From positions 1,717,068 to 1,781,067 of the forward strand of contig CAVTNP010000001.1 in NCBI GenBank assembly GCA_963736195.1: 64,000 bases of DNA. The letters are read 5' to 3'. Numbering within the stretch: position 1 is the stretch's first letter; each line of letters opens with the position of its first letter. A model generated the notes under the pieces. The model had not been told where the DNA came from and did no database searches. It saw only the letters and a program-made list of their open reading frames with translations. This stretch comes from Ignavibacteriota bacterium (lineage in GTDB: Bacteria > Bacteroidota > Ignavibacteria > Palsa-1295). Of this stretch, positions 10,091 to 20,763 are shown one piece after another. Both the position numbers and the translations under genes were made by a program.

Positions 10091-12505
10091 TCAGTTCTTC
10101 GCGAACAGAATTTCGAATGTCTCGGCGTTTGCTCCCCAACTGATCGAAGTAAGAGTCTTGATAGTAGTAGTCGGCGCGCCAGTGGTTTGATCGTAGCTTA
10201 CAAACGTATCGTTGTCGCTAACGTTAGAGACGATGCTACTGACACCACCCCACATCCAATTATAGATAGGCAAGATCTGGTTGTTTGGATCGATCTGAGT
10301 TCCGACGGCATTGGTCACGGTGAAGCTAATGACATGATTATCTTTCAGCTCCAGGGGCCCGGAATCATAATAGCGAACAGAGGTGGTGCGAAGCGTACAG
10401 GTCATGGTCTTTATGGTGAGTCCATCGGAAAGGAATGATCCATTGACAACGCAAAACTCGGAGTCATAGCCTGCACCAGAGGTTGCCGAAAGGAGTTTGA
10501 GATTTCCCGTAACTACCGTATCTTCCCAAGTGATCGGGATCCAATTTACTTCGTCAGGGAAGAACATAAGACTGTTATCCTGTGACCCGTCGGAATAGTT
10601 ACGAGTAGTCTCGAATTGGAACTGCATTCCATTTTGCTGATGCCATAAGCTCCAGAGTCCTCCATTGCCGATCGTTGCGGTCGCTGTTGCTTTTCCCATG
10701 AGCTGGTTCTTCGCGTTGTCATACAGCGATAACGTGATCGTGAAGGTACCCGACTGCGTAAAGGTGTGCGATGCAGAGCCTTCATTGTAAAGCACATCTG
10801 GCTCTGATTGATCTCCAAAATCCCATTCATACCGGGCATTGCTTGGAATAGATGCTGCCGAGCAACTCCAAGAATAGGAAACGTTGGGCTGGCCCGTCAT
10901 CGATTGCGGGTCAATGACGAGTTGGTTACTAAAAATGGTATCCCAGATGAAATCTACCCATTCATAATTTGTATCTGGTAGGGGTTTAGCGACGAAATTG
11001 AATCCAATTATGTTTCTCCCATATTGCAATGGAAGCATTCCATTCATTATCGAGATCGGGGTACCATCAATACCATATGCGACGAAAGCAGGACTCCAGC
11101 TCAACTTAATGCTGTCGGATTCAATGGTCAGATTGCTTGGCAGACTAACGAAGGCTCCAGCGGTATTATCATAATATTTCAGAGTTACGCTGGGAAATTG
11201 TGCGTTGCCGATAGTCTTTGCTTGTACCTCAGTCCACCGTTCGGCGACCTGATCCCATGGAATGTAGGCGGTCTTCGCCAAGACTGCAAACCGGTCAAAA
11301 ACCTTGACAACATTCCCAACTTTCAATGGTGTGCCATACGGCTGAAGTTGGCCGTTGACATAGTCGATCTCTTTTTGCGCTCCGGGGTAGTTCGGATCTG
11401 CAATGAGAAGCTTCCCATTTAACTTATCGGTGTACTGCACCCCATAGCATACCATTGCATGCCCACCGGTATCAGCGGATTGATACATGATCAACGATTG
11501 CGGTTGCTTGCTTACATAGATGCTAAGCAAAAATAATTTGAATGTGAGAGCTGGATTCCATGATTGGAACGACACGTGGTGAACCCAGTGATCGAACACC
11601 TGGTCATGTTGCACGACCGAGGCAAATCTATATCCGAGACGGTCACCACTGGGCATATTTGTCGTGGGAAACGCCGGATTGGGATTCAGGTACCCATTCA
11701 ACGAATGCCCTAAGGTATTCTTCTCCTCGATGAAGTACCACATCGAAGTCAAACTCTGACCGGCGCAATGCCCTCCTGGTGCAATATAGCTTCCAAAGTT
11801 TGTAAATTCCCAGTCATCCGTTCCAAGTTTGAACTCTGTCACTTGATTTCCGGTCGAAAATAGTTTATTTTCATCCATCGCAAGAATGACGATGTCGCTG
11901 TAACTGATTGTCGCATCCAACGGGGTTCTTGATCCTCCCCGCAATCTGCTTGAGCTAGTAAGTGTAGAAGTAGAGAAGTGGCAGGTGGAGATCGTAATCG
12001 AAGTACCGGACTCCGCATCAACTGGGATCGGTTCAAGTTCACCCGTCGATTCATTATAGAAGAATGCCCCTGCAACACTGCCTGTCGGAAGGGTAATTGG
12101 AATTTGTACTGTCATCGGATTCGAGGCATATCCTCCACCGTTCGAGATCGTTATCATCGGCGTGAGAGGAACGAGGTCGCTGCTGAGTGTTGTACTCGTG
12201 ATGGGGGCATACAATATCGTAAAAGTTCTGGAAATCGGATAGGCCGTATCCGGAACGGTTAACGTCATGCCGTTCAATTGAGTCTGTGAAGCAAAGACGG
12301 GGACAATGCCACCTCCGCTAGAAACCACCTGGTTGGCTAAGGTGGTCTTGGATCCAAGGGTAAACACCGTCCCCGTTTGCGGCTCGCTTGGCCCGGTAGG
12401 AGTGAACTTGCAGCTTGCTAAAAGAAGGAGCAGGATTTGCGATTTCAAAAACGATTGAAAATGGGATTGCAAGCGACTAATAGTTCTTTTGTTCAGCATA
12501 ATCAT
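10091..12505 (-). CDS. secreted lipoprotein, putative papain-like cysteine peptidase with C-terminal beta-rich domains
   Basis: Lipoprotein-like signal (LLLLASC). Candidate catalytic Cys context GGHCAGQSLTSMWYF and His context GGHAMVCYG resemble the papain-superfamily C/H motifs. This has not been verified by alignment. Confidence 0.45.
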   Translation of the reverse strand: MIMLNKRTISRLQSHFQSFLKSQILLLLLASCKFTPTGPSEPQTGTVFTLGSKTTLANQVVSSGGGIVPVFASQTQLNGMTLTVPDTAYPISRTFTILYAPITSTTLSSDLVPLTPMITISNGGGYASNPMTVQIPITLPTGSVAGAFFYNESTGELEPIPVDAESGTSITISTCHFSTSTLTSSSRLRGGSRTPLDATISYSDIVILAMDENKLFSTGNQVTEFKLGTDDWEFTNFGSYIAPGGHCAGQSLTSMWYFIEEKNTLGHSLNGYLNPNPAFPTTNMPSGDRLGYRFASVVQHDQVFDHWVHHVSFQSWNPALTFKLFLLSIYVSKQPQSLIMYQSADTGGHAMVCYGVQYTDKLNGKLLIADPNYPGAQKEIDYVNGQLQPYGTPLKVGNVVKVFDRFAVLAKTAYIPWDQVAERWTEVQAKTIGNAQFPSVTLKYYDNTAGAFVSLPSNLTIESDSIKLSWSPAFVAYGIDGTPISIMNGMLPLQYGRNIIGFNFVAKPLPDTNYEWVDFIWDTIFSNQLVIDPQSMTGQPNVSYSWSCSAASIPSNARYEWDFGDQSEPDVLYNEGSASHTFTQSGTFTITLSLYDNAKNQLMGKATATATIGNGGLWSLWHQQNGMQFQFETTRNYSDGSQDNSLMFFPDEVNWIPITWEDTVVTGNLKLLSATSGAGYDSEFCVVNGSFLSDGLTIKTMTCTLRTTSVRYYDSGPLELKDNHVISFTVTNAVGTQIDPNNQILPIYNWMWGGVSSIVSNVSDNDTFVSYDQTTGAPTTTIKTLTSISWGANAETFEILFAKN

Positions 12506-12770
12506 TTCCTCCGTATTGAGCTCTTAAGCTTTTTATACCGATTATATTACAACATAAATGCCATACTCTACAAATGAAATTTAACGCCCGTAGGGAGCAG
12601 GTTCAATGTCTCGATTTTACGATCACCGCTTTGGGAGCGGAAAAATTTCCATGAATCGTTAATAATATTTACCCCGGGGAAGGGCTATTTTCCCTATCTC
12701 AAATGCTTCAGATGATCGTGAATCAGAGTTCGATTTTCTCGGTTCTTTTACTCTCATTTGAGTCATCGAA

Positions 12771-15341
12771 ATGCAACATAAATTGATTGAAAGTCGAAAT
12801 GGCCTCATCCTCGTTGTCGCAATGCTTCTATCTGTTCCAGGTAATGTAAGCGCGCAGCACACCAACGGCATCGTTGCGCGAATGCTGTTCCCACCGAGGA
12901 ATTTCGAAATTCTACTCGGCGATACCATTGTGCCCACAGTGCGGGTCATTAACACGGGCACGGTAATTGATACCGGAATTAAAGTGTGGTTCCGATACAG
13001 CAATGTGTCCTGGCCGAATAATACAGCGGTCTATTCAAGTAAAATTAGCGTTCCTAACCTTGCGCCTGGCGATAGCATCGACCTTAGTTTTGCAGCTTAC
13101 GCATCAAATCCTAATATCATTTCTGAGTTAGGCACATTCACTGGCTGTCTGACTACTCTGGATACTGTGCCACTCACTACGACATGTTCTTCGATGTTCG
13201 CGATTCGCAGAACATCGGTTCCCTTTTTCGATCCATCGGATGGGTATTCCAAAGCTTACGTTGGTAATTATAGCATCCCAGATCAAACGATGTGGGTGTC
13301 GCTTGGCGCTACAGTAGTCGATGGAGAGGACTCGACATGGGATCCGCCGCCGCCACGTTACTCTCTTCCTGGAGTAGGGCCTGACTCGATGATTTCGCCA
13401 GTAATTCGTCTTGATCGATTAGATTATAATGGGAATTTCTATTCGGGAACGGGTGTCGGAGATACGCTAACGAGTTTCCCGATTTATTTGGGTGGAAAGC
13501 CATCCGTTTTCTTTTACTTCGATTATATGCGGGCAGGCCGTCATCGTTATCCTTTGGGGTGGGACGATAGCGTGATGTTTGGTCCGGAAAATACCATCAC
13601 CGAGAAAGGCGGGAATGTCATTCGTGCTGGCGATTCCCTGATTCTCGAATTTGAAAAACCATCAGGTCCCGTTACAAACCCCGGCCCGAACGATTGGAAC
13701 GAAATAGCAGCGATCGACGGCGGTCACGATTTCGAATACAAACGTTTTTCAGCGCATCCGGATTCGAGTGGTTTGCAATTAACGATAGACGGAATTACAA
13801 AAGAATTGCGAGACACTACGAATTATTTCACTCCTGATTTCCGGTTTCGCTTGCGTCTCAAAGCAAATAACGATGCTTCGCAAAACGCGCCGCCTGTTGA
13901 TGATGCCGATCAGTGGTATATCGATAACCTCATGTTGGGATTTCCATTGGTGCCTGAGTATGAACTAAGATGGGTTCGTGTCGCAAATCCCTACACCAAA
14001 GTGCCTTTGTCACAGTCCGATTTTCCGATATTCCTGAATCTGGGTATTATTGATTTGGGATCGTCTTTAGACCTCCCACTTGAAGTTGATATTATTAATC
14101 CTTTTGGCGATACGGTTTACTCGCAGTTCGTTGATATTCCCTCGTACTATGGGGTCGATACCACTATCCAATTTCCGAATTGGGATGCATCCGGCGAACC
14201 CGGTAATGATACGGGAGCATATTCCGTCATTGCACAAATAGCTCAAGCAAATTTCCAAAACTATAACACTACGGAAACATATTCGAAATTTTACTTAAAC
14301 ACCGAGAGCGGTGATACAGCCATTCAGGAATTTGCACTGGACGATGCTGGCATGAATCCTGCGCCTGGAGTCGGCAACAATATTCCAAAACTAACCGGAG
14401 TACCTGGCTCAGGAATTGGCTTCGATCACATGAAAGGAAGTTTTGCAATGGACTTCTATCTCGGCCATTATGATTCTGTTGCTGGCGTGAGATTGTATTT
14501 TGGAAGTGCAAACCCCTCACCAGATATTGTCAGTATTGGCTTTTGGAGCGGCAGCCCGGACAACAATTCTCCGCTGGCTTCATTTTTTGCACTGCGTGAT
14601 ACTGCACATCTCGATCAATTCTCATCATATTATTTCCCCCAACCTGTTCCGCTCCCAGGTGGTGTCTCCTATTGGATTTCGGTAAGCCAAGTGGAAATAG
14701 ATAATATGGAACTTGGTGCAAGCGTTTCTCGCGGAGGGGAACAGATAGTTCGTGAGAACGCTACCTCGCCACAGATCAGCCCAATATACACTTCGCCTTA
14801 CGGCACACAATGGGGCAGCGGCGCCGCAGACAACAATGGTAACCCGATCAATGCATTTGAAGTGGAAACGGGAAATGGAAACGATAATTGGATTCCGTTT
14901 AGCGCTGCTATGAGCTCGACAGACGACATACAACCGATGCTTCATATTGGGGATACATCGCCGTGGATAGGTGCCGGAACCTATATTCCTATGATCCGCC
15001 CGATATTGGGGGCAGTACCGTCGCAGAGCAGTGTATCAACATTCCCAGCCGCGCCGAGTTTCGCGTTGGAACAAAATTATCCAAACCCATTCAATCCCAC
15101 CTCGACTTCAACGACGATCTCGTTTACACTGGATGTTCCTGGCTTGACGTCGATCACCGTTTCCAATATTCTTGGGGATGTTGTGAAGAAGTTGGTGAAT
15201 GCTCCAGAGGCTGCCGGATCACATGTTGCAGTGTGGGATGGAAAAGATGAGAACGGGTCATTCGCTCCCGCTGGCACGTATCTGATCACTCTGACATCAA
15301 ATGGGCGGCGTGTAACAGAAAAGATGATTGTAACGCAATGA
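12771..15341 (+). CDS. large secreted protein with a T9SS type-A C-terminal sorting domain
   Basis: N-terminal signal peptide (LLSVPGNVSAQ). The C-terminal ~85 aa, QNYPNPFNPTSTSTTISFTL...GTYLITLTSNGRRVTEKMIVTQ, matches the Por/T9SS CTD pattern. Confidence 0.8.
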   Translation: MQHKLIESRNGLILVVAMLLSVPGNVSAQHTNGIVARMLFPPRNFEILLGDTIVPTVRVINTGTVIDTGIKVWFRYSNVSWPNNTAVYSSKISVPNLAPGDSIDLSFAAYASNPNIISELGTFTGCLTTLDTVPLTTTCSSMFAIRRTSVPFFDPSDGYSKAYVGNYSIPDQTMWVSLGATVVDGEDSTWDPPPPRYSLPGVGPDSMISPVIRLDRLDYNGNFYSGTGVGDTLTSFPIYLGGKPSVFFYFDYMRAGRHRYPLGWDDSVMFGPENTITEKGGNVIRAGDSLILEFEKPSGPVTNPGPNDWNEIAAIDGGHDFEYKRFSAHPDSSGLQLTIDGITKELRDTTNYFTPDFRFRLRLKANNDASQNAPPVDDADQWYIDNLMLGFPLVPEYELRWVRVANPYTKVPLSQSDFPIFLNLGIIDLGSSLDLPLEVDIINPFGDTVYSQFVDIPSYYGVDTTIQFPNWDASGEPGNDTGAYSVIAQIAQANFQNYNTTETYSKFYLNTESGDTAIQEFALDDAGMNPAPGVGNNIPKLTGVPGSGIGFDHMKGSFAMDFYLGHYDSVAGVRLYFGSANPSPDIVSIGFWSGSPDNNSPLASFFALRDTAHLDQFSSYYFPQPVPLPGGVSYWISVSQVEIDNMELGASVSRGGEQIVRENATSPQISPIYTSPYGTQWGSGAADNNGNPINAFEVETGNGNDNWIPFSAAMSSTDDIQPMLHIGDTSPWIGAGTYIPMIRPILGAVPSQSSVSTFPAAPSFALEQNYPNPFNPTSTSTTISFTLDVPGLTSITVSNILGDVVKKLVNAPEAAGSHVAVWDGKDENGSFAPAGTYLITLTSNGRRVTEKMIVTQ

Positions 15342-16114
15342 TAGCTGCTGTTTCCATTACCCCCATCGGCTATATCTCCACGCCCTTTAAAAGCAAAGCG
15401 GAAGCGCCGCATCAGCCGGAGGGTGGGGTTGAAGGAATTATAAAGTTGCTTGAAGGGCAGAATTTCGAGCAGGCGCTGGAAGACCTGGCCGGAATGGAAA
15501 AGATCTGGTTGATCTACTGGTTCGACCGGAACCCCAATTGGAAACCGAAAGTGCTGGTTCCGCGTGGCCCTCGGCAAAAGCGAGGGGTGTTTGCAACGCG
15601 TTCCCCGCATAGGCCAAATCCGATAGGGCTTTCGCTGGTGGATCTTATCGAAGTGCGTGGTCTCATGATTCACGTCCGCAATGTCGATCTGCTCGATGGA
15701 ACTCCGATCTTAGATGTTAAGCCGTATCTGCCGAACGTCGAATCGTATCCCGATGCATCTTCAGGCTGGATTGGAGAGGTCGCCACCGGTAGTGAATACC
15801 AGATCGATTATTCGCAGCTTGCTATTGCGCAGCTCGAATTTTTGAAAACGCATAGCGTAGAGTTGAAGAACCGTATCGAACGAGTTCTCTCTCGAGATCC
15901 AACGCCCCATCCTTACAAGCGCGTTGAGCGCCATGGTAACCATTGCATTCAAGCAATTCGTGGATGGCGAATCGTGTTTCACGTCGAGAATAATGTTGTA
16001 ACAGTGGACGAGATCCGAAGTGGGTATTCACAAGAGAAAATATTAGAAGCAACAGATCTTTCGGATGCCGAAGCGCAAATGGCATTCCTGTCAGCATTTA
16101 AATACGGAACATAG
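15338..16114 (+). CDS. trmO: tRNA (t6A37) methyltransferase TrmO/TsaA-like (UPF0066 N-domain plus C-terminal extension)
   Basis: IGYISTPFKSKAEAPHQPEGG...DGTPILDVKPY matches the TsaA/YaeB family pattern. There is a 4 nt overlap with the upstream gene. Confidence 0.75.
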   Translation: MIAAVSITPIGYISTPFKSKAEAPHQPEGGVEGIIKLLEGQNFEQALEDLAGMEKIWLIYWFDRNPNWKPKVLVPRGPRQKRGVFATRSPHRPNPIGLSLVDLIEVRGLMIHVRNVDLLDGTPILDVKPYLPNVESYPDASSGWIGEVATGSEYQIDYSQLAIAQLEFLKTHSVELKNRIERVLSRDPTPHPYKRVERHGNHCIQAIRGWRIVFHVENNVVTVDEIRSGYSQEKILEATDLSDAEAQMAFLSAFKYGT

Positions 16115-16124
16115 AAATTCCTCT

Positions 16125-17021
16125 TCAACGCTTTTTCTCGATCTTAGCAAGACTTAGATCGGTATTAAATAATTCATTCATCTGGGTGAGGAAGTGATTC
16201 GACAGCTCTGGTGTGAGCGATTTTGTTGGAGTGTGGAGAAAAAAATAAACAGTTTGCAATCCGTTATCCATCCATAATTTGATGCGAGTGGCCCATGCAT
16301 CGATTCGTGTGAAATCCGTCTCGTGTAATTCATTGCCGTTGAAGCGAATGAAGGCTGTTCGCGTTGTTAGGCCCATGTGCAACGCATCGCGTCGCCCCGA
16401 TGTATCGGTTATGACGGTGCCGATCTTTCGCTTGCGCATTTCTTGAAATAGTGTATCAAGTACTTGATGGTCTGAGAACCACTCTGCCCGGCGCAATTCG
16501 ACATACAGTGGGAGCGTTTTATCCCACAGGTCAAAAAAAGTCACGAGGTCGTCAAACCGTTGCGGAGAGAAGGTGGAGTGTAATTGCAAGAACACAACCC
16601 CGAGATGCTTCCCGAACGCATGCATGGAATCGCAGAATTCTGTTAGAGCCCGTCTATTCTTACCCAGAGGCTTTACTTGACAGATCGGCTGCGATACTTT
16701 GGGGCAAAACAGGAACCCTTTGGGAACGACATTTATCCAATCTTCCACCATTGTCCGCGTCGGAATCCGGTACAAGGTCATGTTCTGCTCGATCACGTTG
16801 AACTGCTGCGCATAGAACTTCAGGTAATCCTTCGGCTTAGTGCCTTTTGGATAGATCTTTCCTGGAAATCCATCATTGCCCCACTCTGGTAATCCTGAAT
16901 AGATATTCACCCGTTTGGCGGGTTTTCCCTTCAATACTTTTGCTGTGATCGGATGATCGGGAGGCAGCGAAAAGTCGATGTGGTCGATTTCGTCCAGGTG
17001 TCCAAATTTCATGGAATGCAA
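16125..17021 (-). CDS. DUF72 (UPF0759/YecE-like) family protein
   Basis: YAQQFNVIEQNMTLYRIP...WINVVPKGFLFCPKVSQPI matches the DUF72 signature F..VE.N.TFY...W...P.GF.F..K. Confidence 0.65.
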   Translation of the reverse strand: MHSMKFGHLDEIDHIDFSLPPDHPITAKVLKGKPAKRVNIYSGLPEWGNDGFPGKIYPKGTKPKDYLKFYAQQFNVIEQNMTLYRIPTRTMVEDWINVVPKGFLFCPKVSQPICQVKPLGKNRRALTEFCDSMHAFGKHLGVVFLQLHSTFSPQRFDDLVTFFDLWDKTLPLYVELRRAEWFSDHQVLDTLFQEMRKRKIGTVITDTSGRRDALHMGLTTRTAFIRFNGNELHETDFTRIDAWATRIKLWMDNGLQTVYFFLHTPTKSLTPELSNHFLTQMNELFNTDLSLAKIEKKR

Positions 17022-17078
17022 AATTACGACAATGTACCCGGCAATGTGTTATATTTGGTAGGGCTTTGATAGGCACCT

Positions 17079-18386
17079 ATGGTGACCACAATACCCATGC
17101 AACGGATTATTTGTCATCTCGATATGGATGCGTTCTTCGCCTCGGTCGAGGAGAAGCACGATCCAGGTTTGCGCGGTAAACCCGTGCTTGTTGCCGCCGG
17201 CCCGGTAGGGCGTGGCGCGGTGGCTTCGTGCAATTATGTCGCGCGTAGGCTTGGCATAAAGACGGGTATGAGCACGCAGGAGGCCATGAGGATCGCCCCA
17301 AATGCTACTCCGGTGCGCGCGAATTACGACCGCTATCAAGAAGCTTCTGAACAAATTCTGAGAATTGTCTATCGTTTTACGCCGGAGGTCGAGCCTCTGA
17401 GTCTGGACGAATGTTTCTTTGAACTCACGAATGTTATTCGCCGGTGGCCCGATCCGCACGTTGCTGCTGAGGCAATTCAGCGGACGATCCAGGAAGAACT
17501 TGATCTCAGTGCTTCCATCGGCATTTCGTGTGGCAAAGCCCTTGCAAAAATAGCGAGCGATTACAAAAAGCCGCACGGTATCACGGTTGTTCCATTTGGC
17601 TATGAGATGGACTGGATCGACCCACTGCCCATCGAAGCCGTGCCGGGAGTGGGAACTGCCACGCATCGGAAGCTATCGGAGCTTGGTATTGTAACCTGCG
17701 GCGATCTTTGCAAGCTTAGTCTCGGAACGCTGCACAAACTCTTAGGAAATGTGCATGGCAGCTATTTATGGAACCTTGTTCGTGGCCGCGACGATCGGCC
17801 GCTCTCCAAAAGAGGCGCGGCAAAATCCATTTCGCACCAAAGCACGCTGCAAAATACTACTACCGATAAAGACTATGTGGAATCGCTCCTGCTCTATATC
17901 GCCGAACGCTGCCTTTGGAGGCTTCGCAAGAGCGAGATGAAAACCCGAAGCCTTTCGGTCTATATGCGTTTTGCCGATCAGCGATTTGCCCAGCGCGTCG
18001 TTCATCTAAAATATGCCACGCAGGCGGAGCAGATCATTTTTCCGCTCGTATCGCAAATGACGCGCAACATTTGGGAATCGAATCCAAAGCCACGCGTGAC
18101 GTTCATCGGCGTTCACCTCTCCGATTTCCAGCCCGCAACGCCGCAGGAAAAATTGTTCTTCGACGATACAGAAAAGAAAGAGCGGCTTTCGCGTGTGATG
18201 TCCACCATTCGCGAAAAATTCCACGGGCCGCTCATTACCAGCGCGCGGACTTTCGGTCTCCACCATTCTTACCGCCTCTCGCAAGCAGGGCTTTCATTTA
18301 CCGTGATGAAAGTCGAAGAAGAAGAGGCCGCGCAGATGCATAGAAAAGAAGCCGAAGGATACGCGGCGATGGATGCGGTTGAGTAG
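17079..18386 (+). CDS. dinB: DNA polymerase IV (Y-family translesion polymerase)
   Basis: IICHLDMDAFFASVEE...GKPVLVA and SCNYVARRLGIKTGM are classic DinB/UmuC N-terminal motifs. Confidence 0.9.
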   Translation: MVTTIPMQRIICHLDMDAFFASVEEKHDPGLRGKPVLVAAGPVGRGAVASCNYVARRLGIKTGMSTQEAMRIAPNATPVRANYDRYQEASEQILRIVYRFTPEVEPLSLDECFFELTNVIRRWPDPHVAAEAIQRTIQEELDLSASIGISCGKALAKIASDYKKPHGITVVPFGYEMDWIDPLPIEAVPGVGTATHRKLSELGIVTCGDLCKLSLGTLHKLLGNVHGSYLWNLVRGRDDRPLSKRGAAKSISHQSTLQNTTTDKDYVESLLLYIAERCLWRLRKSEMKTRSLSVYMRFADQRFAQRVVHLKYATQAEQIIFPLVSQMTRNIWESNPKPRVTFIGVHLSDFQPATPQEKLFFDDTEKKERLSRVMSTIREKFHGPLITSARTFGLHHSYRLSQAGLSFTVMKVEEEEAAQMHRKEAEGYAAMDAVE

Positions 18387-18424
18387 ATGTGTGTGTGTGG
18401 CTCCCAGATTCTCCCAAAGGTAAT

Positions 18425-18620
18425 GTTTCATCAGGAAATAGGTGCTATTTTTCTTTCTTGTGAGTTCCCGATGGATCCTCGTTTCCGAGCCAATTTCGCC
18501 ATTTGTTGCAACAAATTCTTTTCACAGAGAACTCGTTCATAACGAAAGCTAATGCCGACTGCCAGATTGTCAATGAACATGACACAAAACACTGTTCTTA
18601 TAGACACTTGGTGCCTATTA
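18425..18620 (-). repeat. copy B (inverted orientation) of the ~175-200 bp MITE-like repeat
   Basis: The reverse complement aligns with 6683..6855 at about 80% identity. Confidence 0.5.
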
Positions 18621-18970
18621 CTTCACTCTGAATATACGGCGGGAATTTCCGGAAGTCAAGTGATTCCTGAAAATAGATGAAAATAATTTCGAATGATGTA
18701 GCGCAGGCGTCATCGCCTGTCCTTCGGATTGCGTGGTAACAGGGGATTACGGGACCGGCGGGGAAAGCATCGTGGGCGATGCGTCCGGCGCTACAAGATG
18801 CCCCATTTCATCCTTGTATTTAATCTTTCATCTTTGCCCCCGATCCCTCCCCGGTTTCATCTTTCCTATTTGATCTTTGCCCAAGATAGGTGCCAATTTA
18901 TGGAATTAAATGGGCGATGTCATGGGGTTGAGAAAGATTTATTGAATTATCGTGTCGGGCGGCAGAAATT

Positions 18971-19732
18971 TCACGGCATCGTCACCGCGATCACATTCGA
19001 TTTCGGGCCGGTTGAAGAAAAACGGGTTTCATTGTGAACGGGATCGAAAAAGGAGAATGCAAAACCATCTGGATGGTCGTCATTAAAGACACTTGAAGAA
19101 CTTACATAGATTGTCTCACCGGAATAAGCACCAGCCGATCTAAGAGCATCATATGTGAAATAACCATCATCGTATTGATCTGTTAGGAGGTGAGCATCTG
19201 AAGGCTGTGTGTTTGAATCAAGGTCGCAATACATTGCGAAATATGGGATTGAGCCGAAAGCTTGAACATTATAACCTAATGTTAATCCGTCAAAATATGC
19301 TTTTGTTATGACAGGAGTAAAACTCGGCATTTGAGCTATTCCAGCAGGAGTAAGGTCAAGTCTTCCACCGACCATTTGTTGCTCATACCAGTGAAAGGTT
19401 CCAAACCCAGATTTTGTAGCGCTAATGCTATAAAGTCCCTCCGGAACCGCGTTAATTTCCCATCGCCCAGAGGAGTCAGTTGTTGTGCTAATGGATGTAC
19501 CGTCAATCGAAACGGTTATTCCAGAAAAATTTGAGAGGACTAGTTGAGTAGAATCAATCAAAGCTACCCTCCCTGCAAAGGAGCCAGTTGTGCCGGGCGA
19601 AGTAGTGGTTTTGCAGCCACCCATCCATGCGAGCACCGCAACTGCAATGACGATGCCGACAGGTATCTGTTGAAACGAATGAAAACGTGACTTGAGGAGA
19701 TTCTTCATAATTTGCCTCTGATTAAGAAACAC
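18971..19732 (-). CDS. lipoprotein with a carboxypeptidase-regulatory-like (transthyretin-fold) domain
   Basis: MKNLLKS...AWMGGCKTT lipobox. GRVALIDST...GITVSIDGTSISTTTDSSGRWEINAVPEGLYSISATKSGF matches the CarboxypepD_reg pattern. The likely start is the M at ~19708. Confidence 0.55.
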   Translation of the reverse strand: MFLNQRQIMKNLLKSRFHSFQQIPVGIVIAVAVLAWMGGCKTTTSPGTTGSFAGRVALIDSTQLVLSNFSGITVSIDGTSISTTTDSSGRWEINAVPEGLYSISATKSGFGTFHWYEQQMVGGRLDLTPAGIAQMPSFTPVITKAYFDGLTLGYNVQAFGSIPYFAMYCDLDSNTQPSDAHLLTDQYDDGYFTYDALRSAGAYSGETIYVSSSSVFNDDHPDGFAFSFFDPVHNETRFSSTGPKSNVIAVTMP

Positions 19733-19808
19733 GAACTCTCAAATAACACTCGAATTTTGATTTTGTTACACCTATGCCGGTGATCATTCTGGGATTTAAT
19801 GGAAGTGG

Positions 19809-20351
19809 GTGATGTTAGATACTCGGTCAATATATTTCGTCTATGAGAACCCCTATTTTTATCCTGGTGCTCGCGTTTGCATGAGTGGGAATGCATTTGC
19901 CCAAAAGATTGAGGATCGAATGACGCCAGCACAACTTAAGGCCCTGTTTCCTCAGTATTCAAAGATGTTCGATGATTCGGGTATTGTCGCTATAGATTCA
20001 TCAGATCATTTCTACTTTCACGGTGTGAAGGGTGAGGCGGACTTCATGTTCCAATTTGGCCACCTCAAGTGGTTTCGATGGGTTTATTCGAATGGAAAAA
20101 AACCATTTACACTATTGACAAAAAAGGATCGGAAAAAATTATCTAAATTATTCAAAGGATTAATTGCCGATTATGGGCCTTTTCAAGTACAAACTACTTT
20201 TGGTGATTACTATTGGCAAATGTCACGTGCTAATGTTGCCTGTGATTATTCCGCTCGAGATTTTAGATTTGGGGTTTATGACAGTGCATTTGTAAAAATG
20301 ATGTTCGCACCTACTCCAAATCACCATGATTCAACCGCTGCAAAACGTTAG
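19809..20351 (+). CDS. hypothetical protein
   Basis: A 180 aa ORF with no recognisable motif. The start is uncertain. Confidence 0.35.
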   Translation: MMLDTRSIYFVYENPYFYPGARVCMSGNAFAQKIEDRMTPAQLKALFPQYSKMFDDSGIVAIDSSDHFYFHGVKGEADFMFQFGHLKWFRWVYSNGKKPFTLLTKKDRKKLSKLFKGLIADYGPFQVQTTFGDYYWQMSRANVACDYSARDFRFGVYDSAFVKMMFAPTPNHHDSTAAKR

Positions 20352-20368
20352 CGTATCTCAGATCACTC

Positions 20369-20463
20369 TCAATGCTTCCCATTCTGATGCATTCCTTCAC
20401 GCATCGCCCGTCAAAATATGCCCCAGCTTTTTGCGCTTGGTTTCTAAGTAACCGGTATTCCGT
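20369..20463 (-). repeat. degenerate partial copy A of the ribBA 3' end (att-like direct repeat)
   Basis: The reverse complement reads ...[12 protein letters not shown] and then carries a 1 nt deletion relative to the ribBA tail. tcaatgcttcccattctga...atatgccccagctttttgcgcttggtttctaagtaacc is shared with 21078.. and 21702... Confidence 0.6.
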
Positions 20464-20763
20464 TTAGGGTGCGGGGTAATGAGCATCTCTGCGGATTCCT
20501 TCACGCACGTATTCTGCAGCCAGCGTAGCGAGATCGACTTTTCGTTTCTTTGCAAGCGTCTTCAACTGCCGTGCTGAGGCATCATCGATATGGAGGGAGA
20601 TTAGGCCCTCGGTCCGCTTGAGGTTGGGAAAGGCATTAGGTTCGGTAATTCGTCCCTCTTTTGAAAAGCTGAAATAATCGCTCATTTCGTGGGTTGCCCA
20701 GAACTCGCGTTCCTCGTCCTCGGAATCGAATTTCGGAATAGGTTTAAGGTTCTTGCTGTCCAT
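20464..20763 (-). CDS. brnA: BrnA-like antitoxin (RHH/CopG-type) partner of BrnT
   Basis: 99 aa, with the 3' end overlapped by the brnT start in operon order toxin-antitoxin. The C-terminal LKTLAKKRKVDLATLAAEYVREGI resembles a ribbon-helix-helix. Confidence 0.6.
   Translation of the reverse strand: MDSKNLKPIPKFDSEDEEREFWATHEMSDYFSFSKEGRITEPNAFPNLKRTEGLISLHIDDASARQLKTLAKKRKVDLATLAAEYVREGIRRDAHYPAP

Noticed and set aside
18640-18970. GC-rich structured stretch with hairpin caggcgtcatcgcctg and small ORFs (18729..19037) downstream of the lipoprotein gene
   Set aside because: No T-run, no conserved RNA motif recognised, and the ORFs are compositionally implausible. It is probably 3' UTR or intergenic sequence.
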